Source: Patescibacteria group bacterium
GTDB taxonomy: Bacteria; Patescibacteriota; Minisyncoccia; Phycocordibacterales; JANLHH01
Assembly: GCA_038063375.1 (NCBI GenBank)
Contig: JBBTVG010000003.1
Span: 9,060 to 70,064 of the forward strand
DNA length: 61,005 nt
Reading direction: 5' to 3'
How positions within the stretch are numbered: the first letter of the stretch is position 1; every line of letters starts with the position of its first letter. Both the position numbers and the translations under genes were made by a program. The notes under the pieces are model-generated. The model saw only the letters and a list, made by a program, of their open reading frames with translations. It searched no databases and was not told the DNA's origin. Positions 32,676-40,110 of the stretch are shown piece by piece.

Positions 32676-33084
32676 ATGCCACGTATTGGAACGATTCACT
32701 GGAAAGAATTTGAAAAATTTCTGCTCTTCGTTGGATGTAAATTCACAAGAGAAAAAGGCGACCACCGTGTTTATTAGCGACATAGAGCGAGTGAAATGTG
32801 TGAGATTTGTTTTGTGCTAACGCACAAAACAAATCTCACACATTTCCGAGCCGAGGAGCTAATATAGGTAAATACCGCGGGGCTTGCCCCGCGTAAGGAC
32901 GAGCGAAGCGAGTACCTATATTACTCTGGGACTTTGCCCCTGAGGCCTATATTGGAAAGATGGGATAAAACGGCCGGTCGTTATTCCACGCGACACCTCA
33001 TTGCCCCCGTTTATAATACTGAATAATTTGAAAGTTTTGGGTGTTTCTCGTGATGAGTACATTAAGATAATTAATAATTTATAA
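32676..33084 (+). pseudogene. hicA: hicA toxin gene split by a 178-bp repeat insertion
   Basis: The 5' part (32676-32774) encodes MPRIGTIHWKEFEKFLLFVGCKFTREKGDHRVY and then hits a TAG. The 3' part (32953-33084) encodes WKDGIKRPVVIPRDTSLPPFIILNNLKVLGVSRDEYIKIINNL in the +1 frame. Joined, they give a full-length HicA-like protein. Confidence 0.7.
32775..32952 (-). mobile_element. composite palindromic insertion (family 2-related) inside hicA
   Basis: The TTATTAGC / GCTAATA ends and the GAGCGAGTGA box resemble the other family 2 units. It contains a perfect 25-bp stem (32793-32817 / 32822-32846, loop TAAC). A second unit is ATATAGGTA...GCGGGGCTTGCCCCGC...TACCTATAT. CCTATATT occurs twice. Confidence 0.65.
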
Positions 33085-33130
33085 ATTTACATGGGTAATA
33101 ATACAAAACATCCATTAACTATCAGGGGGG

Positions 33131-33159
33131 TTGACAAAAACATCAAAATAGTTTAATAT
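33131..33159 (+). promoter_or_regulatory. promoter TTGACA-N17-TAATAT
   Basis: Near-consensus hexamers upstream of the GGDEF gene, which has a GGAGG ribosome-binding site 9 nt before the ATG. Confidence 0.65.
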
Positions 33160-33196
33160 GCTTAATAGATTTCACATCATACGGAGGTAGATTCCG

Positions 33197-33805
33197 ATGT
33201 TTATTGAATGGTTCTTACGGCTGTTCCCGCAGTATCGGGAGCTTGGAAGAAAGTTAAAAGAACTGGATTCACTTGCTCATGAAGATGTGCTGACGGGGAT
33301 TTGGAACAGAAATGGCTTCAAGAGGCTCGTGGAGCCAATCCTTGAGACCATGGAACGCCAGAATGGCTATCAAGTCCGTGGAGGCGCGGTTCGCGACGTT
33401 TCGCTGGTGTTTATTGATCTTGATAAATTCAAGCCGATCAACGACACGTTCGGCCACGAAGTTGGCGACCAAGTCCTGCAGCGATTTGCTCAGTTTTTGA
33501 AAACGAGCACGCGAAGAGTTGATATTGTGGGTCGGTGGTATCAAGGAGATGAATTTGTTATTGCCTTTGTCGGGGTAAATCATCAAGACGCCCTCCGACA
33601 TGTAGAGATACTCAAAAACAAAGCGAAATCGTCTCCAATGCTCACCCTTCAAACACCGTCCGGACACAGTCTCCAGATAAGCGCATCATTCGGTGTCGTA
33701 TCCGTGTTTCAGGATCCCAATTGGCCAATCTTTGATCTTCTGCTACTTGCCAGAAAAGCTGATGTAGCGATGTACAAAGAAAAACAGGCAAAAGGGAAAA
33801 CGTAA
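33197..33805 (+). CDS. stand-alone GGDEF-domain protein (diguanylate cyclase-like, QGDEF variant)
   Basis: DVLTGIWNRNGF and FIDLDKFKPINDTFGHEVGDQVL are present. The active-site region is RRVDIVGRWYQGDEFVIAF. There is no sensor domain. Confidence 0.8.
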   Translation: MFIEWFLRLFPQYRELGRKLKELDSLAHEDVLTGIWNRNGFKRLVEPILETMERQNGYQVRGGAVRDVSLVFIDLDKFKPINDTFGHEVGDQVLQRFAQFLKTSTRRVDIVGRWYQGDEFVIAFVGVNHQDALRHVEILKNKAKSSPMLTLQTPSGHSLQISASFGVVSVFQDPNWPIFDLLLLARKADVAMYKEKQAKGKT

Positions 33806-33814
33806 AGGTGTTGC

Positions 33815-33850
33815 AAAACGGGGTTCTTAGGAACCCCGTTTTTTTCTTTT
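33815..33850 (+). terminator. rho-independent terminator
   Basis: AAAACGGGGTTC-TTAG-GAACCCCGTTTT followed by a T-run. Confidence 0.85.
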
Positions 33851-33872
33851 TGGGGTATGCTACAATAGACCA

Positions 33873-34655
33873 ATGTCACAGTACTATAATCCCAAACGCA
33901 CAAGAAATATCTTTGATCCGAAAAGTTCCGAACCATTCCGCTTGAGCCGTTCAAAAATTGACCGGTTTCTGGAATGCCCCAGATGTTTTTATCTGGACAG
34001 ACGGCTCGGCGTAGACAGACCGCCGGGATTCCCTTTTTCCCTGAACTCCGCCGTAGACAAGCTCTTGAAAAAGGAGTTTGACATGCATCGCGTGAAAAAA
34101 ACCGCGCATCCGCTCATGACGGAATACGGTATTGACGCAATACCCTACAGTAATCCTGATCTGGACAAATGGCGGGAAAATTTCGTAGGCGTGCAATATC
34201 TTCATGAGCCGACCAACTTCATCATAACGGGAGCGATTGATGATGTGTGGGTGAATCCAACAGGGGAGCTCATTGTGGTGGACTATAAAGCAACCAGCAA
34301 AGAAGCACAGGTAAGCCTGGACGCCGACTGGCAGATCGGCTACAAACGCCAGATGGAAGTGTATCAATGGCTCTTGCGCCGAAACGGTTTCACTGTTTCC
34401 AGCAGGGGATACTTTGTCTATTGCAACGGCGACGCGGACAAAGAAACATTTGACGGGAAGTTGGAATTTGATATTACCGTACTGCCGTATGACGGGAACG
34501 ACGACTGGATAGAAAAGACAATCAAAGAAGCGCGGGTTTGTTTGGACAAGAGCGTGTTGCCCGAAGCCGACGCGCAATGCGATTATTGCCGCTATCGCGA
34601 CGCAGTAGCGACCGTATCACAAAAACAATCTCCAAAACAATCTTCGCTTTTATAG
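33873..34655 (+). CDS. PD-(D/E)XK nuclease family protein (Cas4/RecB-like, Cys-cluster)
   Basis: The core is GAIDDVWV...LIVVDYKAT. Cys residues occur at CPRCFY and C-terminal QCDYCRY. Confidence 0.7.
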   Translation: MSQYYNPKRTRNIFDPKSSEPFRLSRSKIDRFLECPRCFYLDRRLGVDRPPGFPFSLNSAVDKLLKKEFDMHRVKKTAHPLMTEYGIDAIPYSNPDLDKWRENFVGVQYLHEPTNFIITGAIDDVWVNPTGELIVVDYKATSKEAQVSLDADWQIGYKRQMEVYQWLLRRNGFTVSSRGYFVYCNGDADKETFDGKLEFDITVLPYDGNDDWIEKTIKEARVCLDKSVLPEADAQCDYCRYRDAVATVSQKQSPKQSSLL

Positions 34656-34683
34656 GTTTCAAGACGTGGTACAATAGATCAAA

Positions 34684-35757
34684 ATGGAAGCGACACTATA
34701 CATTACCATAGGAATTCTTTTTGCGATTATTTTTGCCGGCGCGGTGTTTGTATACATGAAAATTCGCTCGCAAAAAGAAGGCGAGGAACGCGAAGACGGG
34801 GACAAAGTATTTCTTTTGCTCCAAAATCAAATTGAAAATCTCGCACGCACGCTGGACGCGAAGCTCGGTGAATCGCAAAAGGAGATGCAGTCGGCAGTGC
34901 GCACGCAATTTTCCGAATCACAAAAGCTGATCCGGGACATCACGGAACAAATAACCCACGTGAAAGAGACCAATCGGCAGGTGATCAACGTGACCGACCA
35001 GCTTAAAACGCTTCAAAATACCCTGCAAAACCCCAAACAACGCGGCGTACTCGGCGAATATTATCTTGATACGGTCTTAAAGAACGTATTTCCTCCCGAC
35101 CAATATAAACTTCAGTACAAGTTTGAGGACGGCGAGATCGTGGACGCAGTCATCATTTTGGAGAAAAAAATACTCCCCATTGACTCAAAATTTTCACTTG
35201 AGAACTACAACCGTGTCGTGCAAGAGACGGACCAAACGGAACGAGAACGATTGGAAAAATTATTCATACAGGACATCAAGATGCGCATTGATGAAACCGC
35301 AAAATATATCAGACCCAAGGAAGGAACGATGGACTTTGCGTTCATGTTTATTCCTTCGGAGGCGATCTACTACGATTTGTTGGTTAATAAAGTGGGTTCG
35401 GTGAAAAGTTCAACGCGCGACCTTATTGAATACGCTTTCCGCGAGAAGCACGTCATCATTGTTTCTCCCACCTCGTTCATGGCATACCTGCAAACAGTGC
35501 TTCAGGGGCTTCGGGCGCTCAAGATAGAAGAATCTGCCAAAGAGATCCAAAAAAGAGTGGGGGAGCTCGGACGCCATATAGCCAACTACGATCAATACAT
35601 GCACAAACTGGGTAGCTCTCTCGGTACGACGGTAAATCACTTCAACACGGCGCACAAAGAGCTCAAGAAAATAGACAAAGATGTCATACGCATCGCGGAT
35701 GCCGCTCCCGGCGTGGAGGTGCTCACGATTGAAAAACCCGAAGTGGAGGATGAGTAG
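34684..35757 (+). CDS. rmuC: DNA recombination protein RmuC
   Basis: An N-terminal TM helix and coiled coil are followed by the FMFIPSEAIYYDLL and IIVSPTSFMAYLQTV blocks. Confidence 0.8.
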   Translation: MEATLYITIGILFAIIFAGAVFVYMKIRSQKEGEEREDGDKVFLLLQNQIENLARTLDAKLGESQKEMQSAVRTQFSESQKLIRDITEQITHVKETNRQVINVTDQLKTLQNTLQNPKQRGVLGEYYLDTVLKNVFPPDQYKLQYKFEDGEIVDAVIILEKKILPIDSKFSLENYNRVVQETDQTERERLEKLFIQDIKMRIDETAKYIRPKEGTMDFAFMFIPSEAIYYDLLVNKVGSVKSSTRDLIEYAFREKHVIIVSPTSFMAYLQTVLQGLRALKIEESAKEIQKRVGELGRHIANYDQYMHKLGSSLGTTVNHFNTAHKELKKIDKDVIRIADAAPGVEVLTIEKPEVEDE

Positions 35758-35826
35758 AAATCAATACCGTGCGAAGTTGTCGTGATAGTACTTCAGTATT
35801 ATCGTTTTTGATACAATCCAACAATA

Positions 35827-36510
35827 ATGATCACAACAAATCAAAAGGATGTGCTTTTCAGGGAAATTTCTTTATATCTAAAAAAATATAAAGTTAAATC
35901 ATTACTTGATATAGGAGCAGGGGATGGCATATTAGCTCAAAAACTAGCTAACAGAGTGTCTCGATACCTCGCAATAGAAAGCGACAGGGAACGTATTGAA
36001 AAATTAAGGGGTTTTGGTCTAGAAACCATCCATGCTACATTCCCCCAAGGCATAGCTGGCAAGTTTGACATGGTATTAGCGTCTCATTCTATTCCTGAGG
36101 ATGAAAGTCTCTACAGGCCTTTTTTGGAAACGGCATGGAATACACTTAATGATAAAGGGGTTTTATTGATAGTCACGTTTAAAGGGCAACATGGGGAACT
36201 ACACGATTTAAGAAATAAATGGAGGGACACTAAAGATTCCGATGGTATTGATGAAAAACTTTACCATGCGATGTTGAATATTTTAAAGACATACGGCAAA
36301 GTAGAAATTCATCGAGTTGTTAGTGAATTCCAATCAGAAAATATTGATGAAATTACAGATTTTGCGATCCGTTCTATAAGCCCCAAAGAGTCTGAAAAAG
36401 AAGCATGCGTACAGTTTTTAAGAGATTTCTTTAAAATAAAGCATTTTTCAGAGGGTAAATACTTTTTCCCCCACGAACATGTTTTTATTTCTGTTTCTCG
36501 TCTCTCATAA
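35827..36510 (+). CDS. class I SAM-dependent methyltransferase
   Basis: Motif I is LLDIGAGDGILAQKLA. The gene is AT-rich (about 30-33 % GC in sampled lines). Confidence 0.7.
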   Translation: MITTNQKDVLFREISLYLKKYKVKSLLDIGAGDGILAQKLANRVSRYLAIESDRERIEKLRGFGLETIHATFPQGIAGKFDMVLASHSIPEDESLYRPFLETAWNTLNDKGVLLIVTFKGQHGELHDLRNKWRDTKDSDGIDEKLYHAMLNILKTYGKVEIHRVVSEFQSENIDEITDFAIRSISPKESEKEACVQFLRDFFKIKHFSEGKYFFPHEHVFISVSRLS

Positions 36511-36515
36511 AAAAT

Positions 36516-36540
36516 CCGGTAGCTTATTAGGCTACCGGTT
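36516..36540. terminator. bidirectional terminator hairpin
   Basis: CCGGTAGC-TTATTAG-GCTACCGG lies between convergent genes. The T-run is on the minus-strand side. Confidence 0.6.
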
Positions 36541-36563
36541 CTCTCAATATGCCTAAAGCCGTC

Positions 36564-36926
36564 CTACGTTGAGTGGTGACCTTGGTGCTCTTTGCCGTCC
36601 GGCGTCATGAGACAATGACAGGCCATGAGAATTTCTCCATTCGGGCCCAATCGCCAGCTGGTCTCAAGGGCACCGAGAAGTTCGGCATCACCCACTAGGA
36701 CAGGTCGTATGATCTGCTCACGTGCTTCACGGTTAGTGCTCTCGAGTAGCACTTCTCCTTCATCGATCGAGAAATGAGTATGCAACAGGGTAACACCGAA
36801 CCGATTCAGAGCGTTATGCCTTGCGAGCACTTCGGCAAGTTCGCGGAAGAGCGGATCGTCCGCCTTCGTTCTTGGCCGGACGGAATCAACATCTGGTAGC
36901 TCTGCATATGTAAGCGCTGTACTCAT
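36564..36926 (-). CDS. hypothetical protein, compositionally atypical (about 55 % GC)
   Basis: A strong AGGAGGTG ribosome-binding site precedes the ATG. I recognise no family. Its GC content is far above that of its neighbours. Confidence 0.6.
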   Translation of the reverse strand: MSTALTYAELPDVDSVRPRTKADDPLFRELAEVLARHNALNRFGVTLLHTHFSIDEGEVLLESTNREAREQIIRPVLVGDAELLGALETSWRLGPNGEILMACHCLMTPDGKEHQGHHST

Positions 36927-37092
36927 AATTACACCTCCTATGGGTGTGTTTTTTCCGATGGGACAATCCCAGTGGTTTCGCGGTCAATATATCATTCCAA
37001 ATGGTAGAGTGTCAATAACAAGTCTAAAACAAAATACCAAAAATGTTTTGGGCAGACATATTTAGTACATTACTAATGTAATGTACAAACTG

Positions 37093-37197
37093 TTGACCGA
37101 GCACCACTTTTACGAGCTTCTCCGTTGGATATTTACAGAAACAATGGTTATACCATACACCAAAAACCTTTTAAGAGCAGGAGTGGTGCTCGGTTGA
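37093..37197 (+). mobile_element. MITE-like element, family 1, copy 3 (97 bp plus 4-bp TTGA flanks)
   Basis: The left terminal repeat CCGAGCACCACTTTTAC is at 37097-37113. The right end AGTGGTGCTCGG finishes at 37193. TTGA lies on both sides. The right flank forms TTGACA-N16-TAATAT. Confidence 0.65.
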
Positions 37198-37293
37198 CAA
37201 ATAAAGGAAAATATGTAATATCATCGTAAGAAAGCCTAGACGAAGGCTTTTTCTTTATTTATAGGATGTCGGGGGTATTAATTCAAGGTTTTT

Positions 37294-37746
37294 ATGACAA
37301 CAGAGGCGAAAAATTCCATTTTTCAATTCTTGAAATTTGGGGTCGTGGGAGTATTAAACACCTTAGTTGATCTTGGGGTGTTTAACCTGCTTATTTTCCT
37401 TTTCGGGCTTGTCCATGGGCCTTTGTTTGTCGGATTTAAGGCCATTTCGTTCGTCGTGGCAGTTACTAACAGCTACTTCATGAACAAACACCTCGTGTTT
37501 AATACCCGAGGAGCTTTGAATTTTACGGAAAAGGGGAGGGGTGCGGAATTCAGCCTATTTTTAATAGTGAGCGTTGTGGGCCTTCTCCTGAATGTGCTCG
37601 TTTCTTATGTCGTATTTATGGCAGGAAAAACGCTTGCGCCGGAAGTGTCGTATTATCTCTTCGCGAATACGGGAGCCATCCTTGGCTCCGGGGTCGTCAT
37701 GCTCTGGAATTTTCTGGGCTACAAATTTTTTGTTTTTAAGAAATAA
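37294..37746 (+). CDS. gtrA: GtrA-family membrane protein
   Basis: LKFGVVGVLNTLVDLGVFNLL with 4 TM helices. It is the first gene of the glycan operon. Confidence 0.75.
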   Translation: MTTEAKNSIFQFLKFGVVGVLNTLVDLGVFNLLIFLFGLVHGPLFVGFKAISFVVAVTNSYFMNKHLVFNTRGALNFTEKGRGAEFSLFLIVSVVGLLLNVLVSYVVFMAGKTLAPEVSYYLFANTGAILGSGVVMLWNFLGYKFFVFKK

Positions 37747-37748
37747 CC

Positions 37749-40109
37749 ATGCACCCGATTTTTCTTTCAGTCATCATACCGGCGTATAAAGAAGGAGAGA
37801 GAATTGGCTCTACGCTTCTTTGCCTGGATAAATATTTTCATGACAAGCCGTATTCATACGAGATCATCGTGGTAAATGACGGCTCGCCGGATGACACCGC
37901 CACCACCGTACTTTCATACAGGAAAAAGATCAAAAATCTTAAGCTTATTGATAATCCCCGAAACAAAGGGAAAGGTTACGCCGTGCAGACCGGCATGCTT
38001 GCCGCTCATGGAGAATACAAACTTTTCATGGACGCGGATAATTCCGTAACCATTGATCATGTAGAGCGGTTCCTTGATCACGCGAGAGAGGGGCATGACG
38101 TTGTGATCGGTTCTATAGAGGTGAAAGGAGCGATTGTTCGCGAAGGAAATCAGTGGTATCGGAGAATTCTAGGTGCGATATCAAAGGTGCTTGTGAGATT
38201 CGTCGCAGTGCCCTACATACGAGACACACAACGCGGGTTCAAACTTTTCACGAGGAAAGCGGCTGATGTCATATTTCCCGCGCAAACAATCCATGGCTTT
38301 GGTTTTGATATGGAATTGCTCCTCATTGCGCAAAAGAGAGGCTACAGTATTAAGGAGTTGCCGGTAAAATGGATCAATCCTGCAGGCTCCACCGTTTCTC
38401 CTATGGCATACGTTACGACGTTTAAGGAATTGATGCAGATCAAGTGGAATTCTATCTCGGGTGTATATGACAAAGCGCACTATCCGGAAATACATTACCC
38501 CGCGTACGCACCAGCACTTTCGGGTGGGAAACAAGTTTCGCCATCAAATTTTTCATTACTGGTTGAAAGTATTAAAGAATCTGCCGTGTTTGATTATTGG
38601 AGACAATCCACATATGACGCCAATATTGTACAGTTTAGCGAAGACCATGAAAGAGAGCGGGGGAAAGGATTCTTTTATCAGGACGATGAATTCGTGCATC
38701 ATACCGATCTTCATCATCATGAGACAGCCTTTTACGTCCTTATGCAACACCAGAAGACGCTTTTGGGTGTTTTAGCGCTCGTGCTGGGAGCCTCTCTCAT
38801 TATCAATTGGCACACTACCGTTTTGGTTCTTTTCGCCACGCTGACGATACTGTACTTTGCCGATCTTCTCTTTGGCCTCTTTCTCGTATTCCGCAGTCTC
38901 GGTTCTTTTTCTGAAATAAAAATAAGCTCTGCCGAGATGGAAGAGGTTCAGGGAGGGGAGTGGCCAACCTATACGATCTTTTGCCCCTTGTATAAGGAGT
39001 GGCAGGTAGTTGAACAATTCGCCGCCGCGATGGGCAATCTGGATTATCCGAAAGACAAACTGCAGATATTGTTTCTCCTTGAAGCCGATGATCAGGAAAC
39101 CATCAGGAAGATCAGCTCGTTTGACCTGCCTTCAAATTTTGAGATCGTTGTTGTTCCGCATTCTTTCCCAAAAACAAAGCCCAAAGCAATGAACTACGGG
39201 CTTGCGTATGCAAAAGGGGAATACCTGGTGGTCTATGACGCGGAGGATGTCCCCGAGCGCGATCAGCTGAAGAAAGCTGTCCTTGCTTTCAAAAAATCCA
39301 GCCCGCAAACAGTATGCGTTCAGGCAAAGCTTAACTTTTATAATCCGAAGCAAAATCTGCTCACCCGAGTCTTTACCGCGGAGTATTCACTATGGTTTGA
39401 TCTCATTTTGCCGGGCCTGCAGTCCATCAACGCGCCCATTCCGCTGGGAGGCACTTCAAACCATTTTCGGACAGAAGACATAAAAGCGCTCTTCGGCTGG
39501 GACGCATTCAACGTGACAGAAGACTGCGATCTTGGCATGCGTATCGTAAAACGAGGACTCCGAACCGCAATTGTTGACTCCACTACCTACGAAGAAGCGA
39601 ATTCGGGTTTGAGAAATTGGTATCGACAAAGAAGTCGTTGGATAAAAGGGTATATCCAAACCTATTTGGTGCACATGCGCGCGCCGAGAACATTCGCCAA
39701 GATGAGCAGTCCCGCGCATCTTTTGGGACTCCAGCTTATCGTGGGCGGTAAAGTTTTATCCATGTTCATTAATCCGCTCATGTGGGGGATTACTATTGCT
39801 TACTTTGCATTCCGCGCGCAAGTGGGGGAGACCATTGAATCCTTCTTTCCGGACCCTATTCTTTATATCGGGCTTACTTCTTTTGTCTTTGGGAATTTCC
39901 TCTATCTTTACTATTACATGATCGGTTGTGCCAAGCGCGGTCTCTACGACATCATTAAATACGCGTTCTTGGTGCCGTTCTACTGGCTCGGCATGAGTAT
40001 GGCGGCATGGCAGGCGCTCTATGAGATCATAGTGAAGCCGCACTATTGGGCAAAAACGGTGCACGGCCTCCACTTGAAACTGGAACAAAAGCTTAGCAGC
40101 GCGAAATAA
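37749..40109 (+). CDS. two-domain GT2 glycosyltransferase: a GtrB/DPG-synthase-like N-domain plus a membrane-embedded processive-type GT2 C-domain
   Basis: The N-domain has LSVIIPAYKE...IIVVNDGSPDDT...FMDADNS. The C-domain has TIFCPLYKE...VVYDAEDVP...QRSRWIKG (a QxxRW motif) and is flanked by TM helices. Confidence 0.75.
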   Translation: MHPIFLSVIIPAYKEGERIGSTLLCLDKYFHDKPYSYEIIVVNDGSPDDTATTVLSYRKKIKNLKLIDNPRNKGKGYAVQTGMLAAHGEYKLFMDADNSVTIDHVERFLDHAREGHDVVIGSIEVKGAIVREGNQWYRRILGAISKVLVRFVAVPYIRDTQRGFKLFTRKAADVIFPAQTIHGFGFDMELLLIAQKRGYSIKELPVKWINPAGSTVSPMAYVTTFKELMQIKWNSISGVYDKAHYPEIHYPAYAPALSGGKQVSPSNFSLLVESIKESAVFDYWRQSTYDANIVQFSEDHERERGKGFFYQDDEFVHHTDLHHHETAFYVLMQHQKTLLGVLALVLGASLIINWHTTVLVLFATLTILYFADLLFGLFLVFRSLGSFSEIKISSAEMEEVQGGEWPTYTIFCPLYKEWQVVEQFAAAMGNLDYPKDKLQILFLLEADDQETIRKISSFDLPSNFEIVVVPHSFPKTKPKAMNYGLAYAKGEYLVVYDAEDVPERDQLKKAVLAFKKSSPQTVCVQAKLNFYNPKQNLLTRVFTAEYSLWFDLILPGLQSINAPIPLGGTSNHFRTEDIKALFGWDAFNVTEDCDLGMRIVKRGLRTAIVDSTTYEEANSGLRNWYRQRSRWIKGYIQTYLVHMRAPRTFAKMSSPAHLLGLQLIVGGKVLSMFINPLMWGITIAYFAFRAQVGETIESFFPDPILYIGLTSFVFGNFLYLYYYMIGCAKRGLYDIIKYAFLVPFYWLGMSMAAWQALYEIIVKPHYWAKTVHGLHLKLEQKLSSAK

Positions 40110-40110
40110 T

